64,000 nt of DNA, taken from positions 80,104,001 to 80,168,000 of the forward strand of contig OX597824.1 in NCBI GenBank assembly GCA_951406725.2, read 5' to 3'. The DNA is from Octopus vulgaris. Its lineage: Eukaryota. The position numbers and the translations under genes were made by a program. This document shows positions 1-13,934 of the stretch, piece by piece (within the stretch, counting starts at the first letter, position 1; every line of letters starts with the position of its first letter). Below the pieces are notes generated by a model that did no database searches, was not told the DNA's origin, and was given only the letters and a program-made list of their open reading frames with translations.

Positions 1-371
1 AGAGAGAGAAGGAGATAGATAGATAGATAGAGAGAAACAGAGAGAGGAGATAGATAGACAGATAGATAGAGAGAGATAATGCGAGAGAGAGAGAGAGAGA
101 GTAACGTGGAGAAAGAAAGAGAGATGGGTACAAAAGAGAAAGAGAATAGTGAGAGTAGGTGAGACGTAATTATAAAAGAGAAGTACTGAAATGGAAAAGA
201 CACCTAACGACAGCTTTTAAGATGGACGGACACAAAACGTTTGATTGGGCGTGTAAACGTCTTCATATGACTTCAGCTTGTGGAAGAGAAAAGAATTAGA
301 TGACGCAGATAGGTACATGGACAGACAGACAGATAGATAGACAGATAGATAGAACGAAACTCTGATACGTT

Positions 372-413
<42 letters not shown>

Positions 414-693
414 CATGCATGTATATTTATGTGTATGTGTGTGTGTATGTGTATATAAATACACACACGCATATATATACAAATATATATATATACATAC
501 ATATATACTTATATATGTGCATATATATACATGCATATATATGTGCATATATATATGCATAATATATATATATATATATATATATACACATTGCCAGTTA
601 GAGAGCGTAAGGAACTGAGTACTTGAGAACGAGGCAGAACCAGAACTAAATGGGGATTGTTAGAAATAGTGTGAGAAATAGAAAAAGTAAAGC

Positions 694-746
<53 letters not shown>

Positions 747-947
747 AAGTATATGTGAGAGAAAGTATGTGTGAAACCTAGAGGAAGAGGGTATAAGAAG
801 TAGAGAGGGCAAAGAAAAAAGAAAGAGAGCTAGATTTAAGAGTCAGATACGAGAAGTATGTGCCGTGTGGTAGAACGTATTGCTATCACCAATGCCTTCA
901 GGCGTCCATTTTAATTGGACAAGCAAGTGAAAGTAAAGGACACTTAC

Positions 948-981
948 TGGTTTCCAACTTCCGGTTCGGAAGGATTTTGGC
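948..981 (-). other. Candidate 34-nt exon
   Basis: On the minus strand cgcttccacag| precedes and |gtaagtg follows a short unique segment; reading frame cannot be assigned. Confidence 0.2.
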
Positions 982-1070
982 CTGTGGAAGCGAAAGGACT
1001 ATGTCTGCTCGTGTACATGTATGTATTCATTCATTCATATATATATATACTTATATACATATATATATAG

Positions 1071-1119
<49 letters not shown>

Positions 1120-1406
1120 TTTATACGCGCCCACCCACACATACATGCTTATCTATCAATCTATCTCTCCATAAGTGAAGCCAGTGGGAGTGACAAAAGG
1201 AGCGTTACTCAGAAAGGGTTTAAGAGAAAGGTAGACACAAAGAGGTCAGGAATTCAGGATGTGTGCGTATGTATGTATGTATGTATGTATGTATGTATGT
1301 ATGTATGTATGTATGTATGTATGTATATATGTATGTATTTATGTATGTTTGTATGAATATATTTATGTATGCATATGCATACATACGTTAAAGGATGCCC
1401 GTAATA

Positions 1407-1445
<39 letters not shown>

Positions 1446-2013
1446 CGGGTGTCATTTAACTTTCCGTGTACCAAAGGCTGTTGTAGAGAACACCCTCACA
1501 AGGTGCCACTCAGTGAGAATGAACCCGGAACCGTGTCATTGGAAGCACACATTTTACCACATAAGCACATTCACATATCTCTAAAATACGAGAACGAAAA
1601 AGAGTGTGTGGAAGAGGTTATGCGAATAGATAGACGCATACATGGATAGATAATACACTCACAGAGACACGCACGCACACACACGTGCCCCCACATATAT
1701 ATGTACGGAAGCACCTCTCTCTCTCTTTATCTATCGATTTATCTATCTATCTATCCGCTTGTCTGTCTGTCTGTCTGTCTGTCTATACATCGACGCGACG
1801 CGAGCGTATATACGTGATTGTAGTTTTTCGTATTGAAACTATAACTGGAAGTTTGTCTCGCAATTCGAGTTTCACGCCACTGCAATCTTCAGGTGTGAAT
1901 CTTGAATCGCATGACACACTCTCAGTTTAAGATTCAATTAAAAAAAACATCCTCTGCAACATGTACTTTTTTCGTTCACCGACGTATTCATGTATTAGAA
2001 ACCTAAATGTACG

Positions 2014-2247
2014 CATTTAGGCGAACTGGCAGAAATGTTAGCACGCCGGGCGAAATGCTCAGCAGTATTTCGTCTGCCGTTTCGTTCTGAGTTCAAATTC
2101 CGCCGAGGTCGACTTTGCCTTTCATACTTTCGGGGTCGATAAATTAAGTACCAGTTACGCACTGAGGTCGATGTAATCGACTTAATCCGTTTGTCTGTCC
2201 TTGTTTGTTCCCTCTACGTTTAGCCCCTTGTGGGCAATAAAAAAATA
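2014..2247 (+). mobile_element. tRNA-derived SINE family A (Meta/MESC-like central domain), full length
   Basis: A-box-like tggcagaaatgttagc, B-box-like gagttcaaattcc, core gtcgactttgcctttcat..ttcggggtcgataaattaagtacc, AATAAA tail; 17-bp TSD agaaacctaaatgtacg at 1997-2013 and 2248-2264. Confidence 0.85.
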
Positions 2248-2667
2248 AGAAACCTAAATGTACGTAACACCTATGATCCATTTTATTTACTCCATACTTC
2301 GTTATCTTTCTTATTCCACACCTTGTTAACGAAGAATGGATATATCGTAACAAATTCAATGGTAGGCAACTAGCAGTTATTGACAACATCATTATTCGAC
2401 AGAAAAATAAACAATAATCATCTATTACACTTTTATGCAAACAATTATTATATCACATATTTATATCTCTCTTTTCTAACTCTCACATGGTATATTCAAT
2501 GGAGAAAAGCTTTTACGTGTTTTTGTCGCACGACTTTCACGTGAGCTTAAGACACGAAAGTTAACCAATCAACTTGTACGTTAACGGATTGTGTTCAGAA
2601 TCATAATCCTACTTTAAAAATAAGCTATTTTTATAACAACGGCCGTGACACAGCTCCATATAATATA

Positions 2668-2971
2668 TCTTTATATATAAAATTGAAGTTGTGTGAGTGT
2701 CTGTCTCCTACGATTTAGATTCCTAACTACTCCCACATTTTGCGGTGCAGTTTAACCAAAACCGGGTATCTTATAGTCGTGATTCATATCGAACCCTTCT
2801 GAGTATTAGCGCGCGTCTACGATGAGTCTACGATTAAAAAAACAAATTACCATAATTTTTTCCCATTTTTAATGCATTTTTTTCGCTATTATATAAGGGA
2901 AGTAACTCTCCAAAAATGCTTATATAGTTATTTCCCTTACAAACCCGAGCAACGCCGGGCGATACTGCTAG
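2668..2971 (+). mobile_element. Non-autonomous Helitron
   Basis: 5' TC after A; subterminal hairpin cccg-agcaacgc-cggg; 3' CTAG followed by T; no TSD; termini shared with the copies at 9.7 and 11.3 kb. Confidence 0.8.
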
Positions 2972-3056
2972 TTCTTTCGAAAATCTAGTGTGAATCTGGC
3001 AAAGTGTATTCCTATATATTGAAATATAATTAAATTGTAATCACTTTTAACACATT

Positions 3057-3645
3057 CTTTTCTGTTCTAGGCAGAAGGCCCGAAATTTTGGAAAGGGGAC
3101 CAGTCGATTCGATCGACCCCAGTACGCAATAGGTATTTAATTTATCGACCCCGAAAGGATGAAAGGCAAAGTCGACCTCGGCGGAATTTAAACTTAGAAT
3201 GCAAAGACAGACGAAATACCTATTGCTTTACTACCCACAAGGGGCTAAACACAGAGGGGACAAACAAGGACAGACAAATGGATTAAGTCGATTATATCGA
3301 CCCTAGTGCGTAACTGGTACTTATTTAATCGACCCCGAAAGGATGAAAGGCAAAATCGACCTCGGCGGAATTTGAACTTAGAATGCAAAGACAGACGAAA
3401 TACCTATTGCCTTACTACCCACAAGGGGCTAAACACAGAGGAGACAAGCAAGGACAGACAAGGACAGACAAATGGATTAAGTCGATTATATCGACCCCAG
3501 TGCGTAACTGGTATTTATTTAATCGACCCCGAAAGGATGAAAGGCAAAGTCGACCTCGGCGGAATTTGAACTTAGAATGCAAAGACAGACGAAACACGAC
3601 TACGCATTTCGCCCAGCGTGCTAACGATTCTGCCAGCTTGCCACC
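3057..3645 (-). mobile_element. SINE family A tandem array (one head, three cores, last core with a different tail)
   Basis: Three head-to-tail copies of atcgaccccgaaaggatgaaaggcaaa.tcgacctcggcggaattt. Confidence 0.85.
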
Positions 3646-4424
3646 TTAGTTATTATTCTTTTCTACTCTAGGTACAAGGTCCGAAATTTTTAGAGAGGAG
3701 TGGGCGCAGTTGTTTAGATCCACCCCAGTATGCAACTTCAATTTTAATATATTGTTAGTGAATTATCAGCTTCATTTCTTCTATTGCTCCACTTGTTTAG
3801 ATTAATAAAAATTTTTCTTGACATACATGCATGCATACATACATACATACATACATACATACATACATACATACATACATACGTAAAGCTGAAAATCAGT
3901 GAAAAGGAAAATAGCTACGCTGAAATACTGAGAAAACTGCAGTTACCCTATCCAGATTTACATCTGTAACTATGATTTACTCTATCCAGGTTAACATTTG
4001 TAACTATTGGGGCCCAATCTTGAGAAAGTAGTCTTCTCAAAACCAGATAGGAGAAAGCTAATTTGTGGACCACAGATCCAATCTATCACTGGAACTGTAA
4101 AAATTTGTAAAACTTTCCAGAAGTTTATCATTTAAATATATATGAGCATGTCTAGATATGAAACTATATGCGTGAGAATACATACATAAAACAAAACATA
4201 CGAATCTGCTCATATACATACATACATACATACATACATACATACATACATACATACATACAAAACAATGCCTTGTTGTTGATGTTGAGATTCCAATGAA
4301 GGAACCTTGGATCTAGGTTAGAAACCGGCTCTTTCTCTATTGATTGACAGGAAATCTTGAAATAAATCTGAGCAATGACATACATACACACAGACACACA
4401 CATGTATGTATCTATAGACGGACT

Positions 4425-4628
4425 GTTTTTTTTTTTTTTTTTTCATTTCTCTTTTCTTTTGTTCCTTTTCCTTTTTTTTCCCCTTTTACGATCCCTTTTG
4501 ATTGAAAACCTACGCCACCTTTTTATTTTGTTTCTTTTGTTTTTTGTTTTTTTTCATCCCCCAAAAGAAAAGCTCTACCTCGTAACTTGTCCCATCTGTG
4601 TGCAGCCCTGTGTGGCCAATAAAGAAAC
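4425..4628 (+). mobile_element. LINE-like 3' end fragment
   Basis: Pyrimidine-rich UTR ending ttgtcccatctgtgtgcagccctgtgtggccaataaagaaac; inverted homolog at 6768-6910. Confidence 0.5.
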
Positions 4629-5084
4629 TTATAGACGGACAGTGAGATAGAGAGATAAACAATAGACAGATAGATCGATGGAGAGATACATAGATTGATA
4701 CATGGATTGATCCATGGATTGAAGAGGAATTGTGAGACGGACTCGTCAGCAGTTTTCAGCGAAAAGGGATAACATTGAATCAAAATCCAAGGACTAATCC
4801 GTTCTCATCCTTCTTTACTCTAAACATTTACCATATTGAAATCTAATATAGATACCAGGTCTCAGGTTTTCGATATGGTTACAGTCGTTTATAAGAAAGC
4901 TAGTGCAATAATTGGTGTTATATTTTAATGACCTCGGAATATTGATAAGTTAAAAGATGATGTTGACTTTGGAGGGATTCGAAACTGAACGTGCAGGGCC
5001 GTAATTTGACACTGTAAGGCATTCTGTCTGGAGATTTAGTGGATTTTCCATTTCGCTGTTAATCTATACATTTGTCTTAATGGT

Positions 5085-5151
5085 ATGGTTTCTATGATGA
5101 TGATGATGATGGCAATGATGATGGTGATGGCAATGATGATGATGATGACGG

Positions 5152-5207
<56 letters not shown>

Positions 5208-5260
5208 GCGATAATGACGATTGCGATGATGATGGTGATGGCGACGATGATGATGATGAC

Positions 5261-5291
<31 letters not shown>

Positions 5292-5430
5292 GCTATAATG
5301 ATGATGGCGATGATGATGATGACGGTGGTGATGATGATGATGACGGTGATGTTGATAGTAATGATGATGAAGATGATGATGATGATGATGGCAATGATGA
5401 TGGTGATGGCAATGATGATGATGATGACGG

Positions 5431-5474
<44 letters not shown>

Positions 5475-5613
5475 GCGATAATGACGATTGCGATGATGAT
5501 GATGACGGTGGTGATGATGATGATGACGGTGATGTTGATAGTAATGATGATGAAGATGATGATGATGATGATGGCAATGATGATGGTGATGGCGATGATG
5601 ATGATGATGACGG

Positions 5614-5660
<47 letters not shown>

Positions 5661-5740
5661 GCTATAATGATGATGGCGATGATGATGATGACGGTGGTGA
5701 TGATGATGATGACGGTGATGTTGATAATAATGATGATGAA

Positions 5741-5776
<36 letters not shown>

Positions 5777-6045
5777 AATGATGATGACGGTAATTTTGTG
5801 GTGATGGTGGTGGGGATGAGGTTGGTTATGGTGAAGATGATGACGATGATGATGATAATGACGACAACGACGACGAGGACGATAATGATGATGGCGATCA
5901 TGATGCATAGCGAATAGCAATGATAGTGTGGTGGCAGTGGTGATGATGGTGGCAGGGTTATGGTTATGGTGACGACGACGACGATGATGATGATGACGAT
6001 GATGATTATGATGCTGGTGGTGGTGGTGGTGGTGGTGGTGATAGT
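5085..6045. repeat. (ATG)n/(GTG)n compound microsatellite with higher-order repeat units
   Basis: Interruptions such as gacggtgatgttgata(g/a)taatgatgatgaagat recur at ~180-bp spacing. Confidence 0.9.
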
Positions 6046-6264
6046 AACGGGGGTGGTAAAGTCGGTAATAAAAGTTGTAAAATGAAATACGAGACTATGC
6101 AAAGATAAATCACCAAAATACAATAAAATAAGGAGAGGCGGGGAAACACGAATCGCAACGCGCACGCGCGAGTATTTGAGCGTGTGTTTGTATAAAAATA
6201 TCAATAAATATCTATCAACCTCACTATATGAAGATAGAAATATAGGTAGGCATTTGGATGGCTA

Positions 6265-6484
6265 GAATAAATAAATAGAGAGAAAGGTAGATAAGTGAGT
6301 GGATAATGTTATAGATGGAAAGAGTGATAAATAGATAGAAAGAAATTTACATAGAAAGTTGGATAGAAATACAGATTGATGAACAAATAAAGCGATAATT
6401 AGAGAATAATACAGATAAATAAATAGATAGATAGATAGATATATAGATAGATAGACAGACAGGTAGATATATATATATATATAT

Positions 6485-6529
<45 letters not shown>

Positions 6530-6618
6530 AAAATAGATAGAAAGGAATTTACATAGAAAGTTAGATAGAAATACAGACTGATAGACAGATAAAGCAATAG
6601 TTAGAGATAGGTATAGAC

Positions 6619-6687
<69 letters not shown>

Positions 6688-7128
6688 TGTAGGAAGATCG
6701 AATGATAGATATGTAGGTAGATAGATTGATAGATAAATAAACAGCTAGATCGATAGATATATAGATATGTTTCTTTATTAGCCACACAGGGCTGCACACA
6801 GACAGGACAAATTACAAGGTAGAGCTTTTCTTTTGGGGGTAAAAAAAGGGGGTTTGGTTTTAGATCAAAAGGGATCGTAAAGGGAAAGAAAGAGGACAAA
6901 AAAGGGGGGAATAAAATAAATATATATATATATATATATATAGGTAGATCGATAGATAGATGGCTAAATAGTTATCTAAATAGAAAAAGATAGCTGGACA
7001 GACGGGTAGATAAATAGCTAGATGAATAACTCGATTTAGAGGTAGATAAATATATAATATATACATATATGCACACACACACATACACACATACTGAGGC
7101 CGAATTAGACAGATATATTAATGGATAA

Positions 7129-7197
<69 letters not shown>

Positions 7198-7400
7198 CAG
7201 ACAGATAGATAGATAGATAGATAGATAGACAGACAGATAGATATATATATAGATAGATAGATAGACAGACAGACAGATAGATAGATAGATTGATAGATAG
7301 ATAGATAGATAGAAAGAAAGAAATATAGGTAGAAAAAAATGTACATAGAAAGTTAGATAGAAATGCAGATTGATAGACAGATAAAGCGATAGTTAAAGAG
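6265..7400. repeat. (GATA)n region with a recurring ~70-bp unit
   Basis: tacatagaaagtt.gatagaaat.caga.tgat at ~6348, ~6550 and ~7342. Confidence 0.8.
6768..6910 (-). mobile_element. LINE-like 3' end fragment
   Basis: Reverse complement of the 4425-4628 tail. Confidence 0.5.
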
Positions 7401-8350
7401 TAAGACAGGCAGTTCGATAGAGAGTGGTTGAATGTGAGAAATAAAAGGAGTGAAAGACTGAATGAGTGAGAGGGAATAAGTGAGTAGAAAGCCTGAAAGA
7501 AATACTAAAAGAAAAAGAAAATGAATGTAGGCACGAAATTTGCGAAAGAAAGGAACAAATATTTGAATGAAAGCGGGAAAATGAAGTCTTAGAGTCATCT
7601 GTTGTTTCATATTGTTTGGTGTCACTAATATGATGAAACAGAATGAGAGTGTGGCACTTATGTGTGGGGTTGGTCGGGGTTAGTTGGATATTAGTTTGGT
7701 TGGTCGGTCTCGAACTAGTTAGAGTCAAATTTTGGACACCGAAGGACTTGGCATTTAATCCCTTTAAATTAGTGAGAAAAGCGGACATAGACTGACATTG
7801 CAATGACAACTTCCGTTATTTCATTACAGCTCTGGTCCAGTGTGGATTTTGATACGCCCACCTCTCAAAATAAATGGCATATATTTCGGAACCAGAAGAT
7901 TTACTGTCCAAGTAATGCCAAAATGCACCTTCTTTGTCCGTTCAGCCTCTGGAATGTTCTTTACAAGACGTTTTCCAGGGCAGTTAGCGTCGTTGGACAG
8001 ACAGCAGAAGCGTAAGGTTCCTTAGGGAGAAGAACTGTCGCTTCCCAAACAGGAAATGGCCTGAGGCTAAATTGTTATGAAGTTGACCATTAGGCCAAAA
8101 ACAATGACCCTTAAGGGGAGAAAAATGCCTCGTGCGAATTTTATTATTTCTATATCTGGATGTTGATTGTTTGTTTTTATAGATTGTGGATTTCTTGCTC
8201 TCTTTATAACTAATATTCAGTGCTTGATTTAATGGAACCGACCGCCAAAGTTTTCCTGTCCTCCTATTTACATTTCCTGACGTTATTCGGAACACTCAAC
8301 CGTTATTAATGTTATTCTGTAGTATTTAATACTTTGGTTATTCCGTTCGT

Positions 8351-8432
<82 letters not shown>

Positions 8433-8529
8433 CATCATCATTATTATTATTATTATAATTATTATTATTATTATTATTATTGTTGTTGTTGTTGTTGTTG
8501 TTGTTGTTATTGTTGTTGTTGTTGTTGTT

Positions 8530-8645
<116 letters not shown>

Positions 8646-8661
8646 CATTATTATTATTATT

Positions 8662-8832
8662 CAGGCTGCGAGCTAGCAAAATCGTTAGCGCACCGGTTGA
8701 AATCCTTAGGAACATTTCGTCCATCATTATGCTCTGAGTTCAAACTCCACCGAGATCGATTTTGCATTTCATCTTTTCGCTGTCGATGAAATAAGTACCA
8801 CTCGGGTCGATGTAATCGACTTACGTCCTCCA
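8662..8832 (+). mobile_element. SINE family A variant
   Basis: gcgagctagcaaaatcgttagc head, gagttcaaactcc, core; duplicate at 10872-11052. Confidence 0.75.
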
Positions 8833-8852
8833 CGAAAATGATCATGATTATG

Positions 8853-8942
<90 letters not shown>

Positions 8943-8943
<1 letters not shown>

Positions 8944-9564
8944 TATGTTTGACTTTTGCTTTATATTTGTACAAGTTGGCTCCAAGTCTCACCCAGAGAC
9001 CTCAAGAGACAACAGGGTTGGAAGTTCATGTTGTTGTTATGCCTAGTGTGCCATATATTTGGGGGGTGGGGATGTTGTACTAATGAATGTCTAAAAAAAA
9101 AAAGGTTTTTTTTTTTTTAAACCGAAAATTAGGTTTGTTTTAAACCTTGAGATTACATAGAGAGTATTTTGCGTAGGATATGAGCAGTTCCCATGAGCAT
9201 TATCTTTTGAACTTCTGCCATTTTTGGGTTTCCTGGTATCTGAGTTAGGTAGCTATCAGCCCCTTTTGCTATCATTCCAAGGGCACCTATGACAACAGGT
9301 ATTGTTTTAGTCTTTAGCTTCCACATTTTGCTGATTTCTATTTCAAGATCTTTATATTTGCTCAGTTTTTGGTAGGTCTTGACAGATACGTTTATATCGA
9401 TTGGGACAGTCATATCAATGAGGAGGCATGTTCTTTGTTTGAAGTCTTTCAATATGATGTCTGGCCTATTTGCATCTATCTTCCTGTCAGTTTGAATGGT
9501 GAAGTTCCAGAGGAGTGAGATGTGGTCATTTTCAAGCACTGGGGGTGGTTTGTGTTCCCACCAG

Positions 9565-9569
<5 letters not shown>
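8943..9569 (-). mobile_element. 5'-truncated Dong/R4-clade non-LTR retrotransposon in (AAT)n
   Basis: Flanked on both sides by (ATT)n; RLE coding region followed by ~210-bp 3' UTR. Confidence 0.8.
9153..9569 (-). pseudogene. Restriction-like endonuclease (RLE) C-terminus of a Dong/R4 element
   Basis: LLWNFTIQTDRKIDANRPDII...LLIDMTVP...KLSKYKDL...IPVVIGALG shows the RPD..D motif and K..KY motif of RLE non-LTR elements. Confidence 0.85.
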
Positions 9570-9639
<70 letters not shown>

Positions 9640-9671
9640 GTAGTAGTAGTAGTAGTAGTAGTAGTAGCAGC

Positions 9672-10058
9672 AGCAGTATCGCCCGGCATTGCTCGGGTTT
9701 TTTTTCCACCCTTTAGAATTGGAATTTTTGAAAAGTAAAAATTCTGCATTATGTAGCTTGTTATTCTCATTAAGTGAACATTTTTCTGGTTGAAATACAC
9801 CGAAAATTGTTGACACAGCAGTCAAAAATCGTAAAAAATAGGGATTTTCATAGAAAAAATCATTTTTTTGATGTAAATGATTTTTGCTGTTAACATGGTG
9901 CGATTTGAATATTTTCTTCTACGGAAGAAAGAGCAAGCCTTCTTCTATCATACTCTCAATTTTCGTCAACTTGCACCGCAGGGTCTCGGAGGAGATAGTG
10001 TTAGTTGAAGGCTACCAAACCTGCTATACACAGACAACTTCAGCTTTATTTATATAGA
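9672..10058 (-). mobile_element. Non-autonomous Helitron
   Basis: Minus strand starts TCtatataaataaagctgaagttg and ends cccgagcaatgccgggcgatactgct running into (CTG)/(CTA)n. Confidence 0.75.
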
Positions 10059-10372
10059 TATTATTGTTGATATTATTATCATTATTATTACTATTTTGTA
10101 AGCGAGTGAGTGTGTGTGTGCGCATGTGTGTACCCCTTGCCATCTTGTTATTATATTGAATGAGTGTAAATAACCAGAGAATAAGCTACGAATGATTAAA
10201 CGAAAGAGCGGATGAGTGTGTGAGCGGATGACATGAAAGAGTTGAACCGAAAAACGAAAATATTAAAGTACATCAACGAAATCCAATGAAAGAGTCAGTG
10301 ATTTAAATATAGATATGTCTGAAGAATTAGAAGGAAAACCAAAAGAATATTTACGCATTTGAGATATTCAGA

Positions 10373-10448
<76 letters not shown>

Positions 10449-10454
10449 TGTATA

Positions 10455-10652
10455 TACACTTCTATATTTGAGAGATGAGGAATTACGTACATTATTTACA
10501 TTATTTACATTATTTACATTTGACAGATATTTGTCCGCATCTTGTTTGTTGTTAACACACCCTTTCGGCCGATGTACTCTCCAGCCTTCATCAAGTGTCC
10601 TGGGGGATTTTCGAACCTGGGTTCTCATTCCTAAGGTATTTTTCCGATGTTA
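10455..10652 (-). mobile_element. Hammerhead-bearing element (HH-SINE) body with degenerate ribozyme at 10554-10599
   Basis: gacac-TTGATGA-a-ggctg..cggcc-GAAA-gggt-gtgtt; C3U change and cleavage-site mutations. Confidence 0.7.
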
Positions 10653-10678
10653 TCAATATTGTTATTATTATTATCATG

Positions 10679-10755
<77 letters not shown>

Positions 10756-10758
10756 TAC

Positions 10759-11052
<294 letters not shown>

Positions 11053-11056
11053 AAAT

Positions 11057-11113
<57 letters not shown>

Positions 11114-11153
11114 TATTATATATATAATATATATATAATAATAATTATAAATA

Positions 11154-11655
<502 letters not shown>

Positions 11656-11971
11656 TATTATTGTTGATATTATTATTATCATTATTATTGCTATTTTGTA
11701 AGTGAGTGAGTGTGTGTGTGCGCGCCTGTGTGTACTCCTTGCCTTCTTGTTATTATATTGAATGAGTGTAAATAACCAGAGAATAAGCTACGAAGGATTA
11801 AACGAAAGAGCGGATGAATGTGTGAGCGGTTGACATGAAAGAGTTGAACCGAAAAACGAATAAAATTAAAGTACATCAACGAAATCCGATGAAATAGTCA
11901 ATGATTTAAATAAAGATATGTCTGAAGAATTAGAAAGAAAACCAAAAGAATATTTACGCATGTAAGATATT

Positions 11972-12015
<44 letters not shown>

Positions 12016-12017
<2 letters not shown>

Positions 12018-12192
12018 CAATTCTATATTTGAGAGATGAGGAATTATGTACATTATTTACATTTGACGGATATTTGCCCTCATCTTTGTTGTTAACACAA
12101 CGTTTCGGCTGATGTACTCTCCAGCCTTCATCAAGTGTTATGGGGGAATTTCGAACCTGGTTTCTCATTCCTAAGGTATTTTTCCGATGTTA
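12016..12192 (-). mobile_element. HH-SINE body with minimal hammerhead at 12093-12140
   Basis: taacac-TTGATGA-a-ggctg-gagagtacat-cagcc-GAAA-cgtt-gtgtta; all stems pair, C3U in core. Confidence 0.75.
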
Positions 12193-12241
<49 letters not shown>

Positions 12242-12577
12242 GTTTTTTCCTTCTTTCTTCAAATTTTCTTCCGTTTCTCGCCGAGTGTTTTCCATACACC
12301 TCGGGCAGAGAAGCTCATTGTATGCATTCCAAGATTACACGCGCAAATTCACAGATAAAATATGTATTTAAAAATTAATAAATAAATAAAATCAAATCAT
12401 GGATTGATGTTATTTTCACAGCGATAGTGCTCTTCTCAGTACATGAGCCGTTCCAGTTAATACGATTTTTTGCACTTCCTGTAGGGATGGTAAGCCTGGA
12501 ATCATATTCAAATAGGTTTTAGTACCTTTTTTTTAATCATTCCTAGAGATCCTACAATCACTGGTACTGTAGTCGCC

Positions 12578-12580
<3 letters not shown>
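12242..12580 (-). mobile_element. Short decayed Dong/R4 3' end in (AAT)n
   Basis: Encodes ATTVPVIVGSLGMIKK...MIPGLPSLQEVQKIVLTGTAHVLRRALSL* with a frameshift, then 3' UTR. Confidence 0.75.
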
Positions 12581-12608
<28 letters not shown>

Positions 12609-12610
12609 GT

Positions 12611-13155
12611 TTTTTTGTTTTTTTTCTTCTTCCTTCAAATTTGCTTCAATTTCTTGCCGAGCGTCTTCCCGACTCCTAGGGCAAAGAAACTCATAGTATA
12701 CATTGGTAGGCCATTAAACCAAACTCAATAGTTCGTTCATTTTTTGTTTTTAAGGTTAAATTAAAATACATGGGCAGTAACAGCTCTCACAGCGACAATG
12801 CTCTTCTCAATACGTGTGATGTACCAGTTAAGACAATCTTTTGCACTTCTTGCAGGGATGGTAAGCCAGGGATCATTCTCATATAATTTTCGGTTCCCTT
12901 CTTGATCATTCCTAATGCTCCTACGATCACTGGTATTGTAACCGCCTTGAGATGCCATATTTTCTCAATTTCAATGAGCAAGTCTTTATATTTTCTGAGC
13001 TTGTCAAACTCTTTCGCCGAGATATTATGATCACAGGGGATGCTCATGTCGATCAATAAGCAAACTTTGTTGTTTTTGTCTTTCACAACAATATCTGGTT
13101 TATTGGCCTTGATGGTTCGGTCTGTATGTACTGGGAAGTCCCACAGAATCGTTAC
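12611..13155 (-). mobile_element. 5'-truncated Dong/R4 element (RLE coding region 12787-13155)
   Basis: ILWDFPVHTDRTIKANKPDIVV...LLIDMSIP...KLRKYKDL...IPVIVGALG; (ATT)n on both sides. Confidence 0.85.
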
Positions 13156-13184
13156 TATTATTATTATTATTATTATTATTATTA

Positions 13185-13272
<88 letters not shown>

Positions 13273-13277
<5 letters not shown>

Positions 13278-13371
13278 ACACTCGGAATCTTGGGGTTAGT
13301 AGCCCACGCTCTTACCCACTACGCCTTATGCATGTGAGCCTTATGCATAGAGTGAATTTTAAGGCTTATAA
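13273..13371 (-). mobile_element. tRNA-like head of HH-SINE (A box present, B box deleted)
   Basis: Minus strand ggcgtagtgggtaagagcgtgggctactaaccccaagattccgagt; shares ctcggaatcttgggg with the head at 39181-39240. Confidence 0.6.
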
Positions 13372-13439
13372 ATATAATATATTCCTATCCTTCCTTAATA
13401 CCGATTCCCATATGCTACTCATATCTGCACTTTGTCTGG

Positions 13440-13575
13440 GATGTTGTTGTGTCCTAGTATATGTGCTATCTCTATTAGTTTTCGTATTTTCAACTTCATC
13501 CCACAGGTGGAGGTTCCTCCGTTTTTCCATACATGATCAGCTATACCCGATTTATCATTATGTCCTTCATTGGAC
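13440..13575 (-). pseudogene. Penelope-type GIY-YIG C-terminal remnant
   Basis: DKSGIADHVWKNGG/HLWDEV...LIEIAHIL with frameshifts. Confidence 0.5.
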
Positions 13576-13587
13576 GAAACTTCAACT

Positions 13588-13934
13588 TCAATTCCCAGAC
13601 AGGGATTGCTCAGTGCCTAAAACATCGAACAAAGAACATAAGTAGCGATCCTGATACACACTACGAGCTAATTAACAATCTATTAAGCAGCAACTACCCC
13701 CAAGACATACTATCTCGGGCGGCGTCCGTTGCGCTCTCGGCGGCCCTGGAAAATCCAGGTCCGTAATGATTTGCTGCTTTCGAGTCGGTCCGTATCCACC
13801 ATCTGCAGCAGGTATCCAAGGTGTACAGCATCTCGTCAATAGCGCCAATGTAGGTAAGGGAAGTCGGCAAAATGGATCCGTACATTCGGAAGTGTGTATT
13901 TAACGAAATTCTTATTACGTTACTCTTTGTCTTT
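13588..13934 (-). CDS. Candidate host-gene exons 13711-13934 and 13588-13616 (terminal); product unknown
   Basis: Acceptor ttctagatttcag; the only open frame reads KTKSNVIRISLNTHFRMYGSILPTSLTYIGAIDEMLYTLDTCCRWWIRTDSKAANHYGPGFSRAAESATDAARD; donor gtatgt; 94-nt intron ending gatgttttag; then STEQSLSGN*. Confidence 0.35.

Noticed and set aside
7830-8020. Exon in the unique island
   Set aside because: Plausible splice signals and open frames exist on both strands with no recognisable protein, so it cannot be called.
9570-9800. N-terminal part of the 215-aa ORF 9153-9800
   Set aside because: Chance read-through from the Helitron and microsatellite into the RLE fragment.
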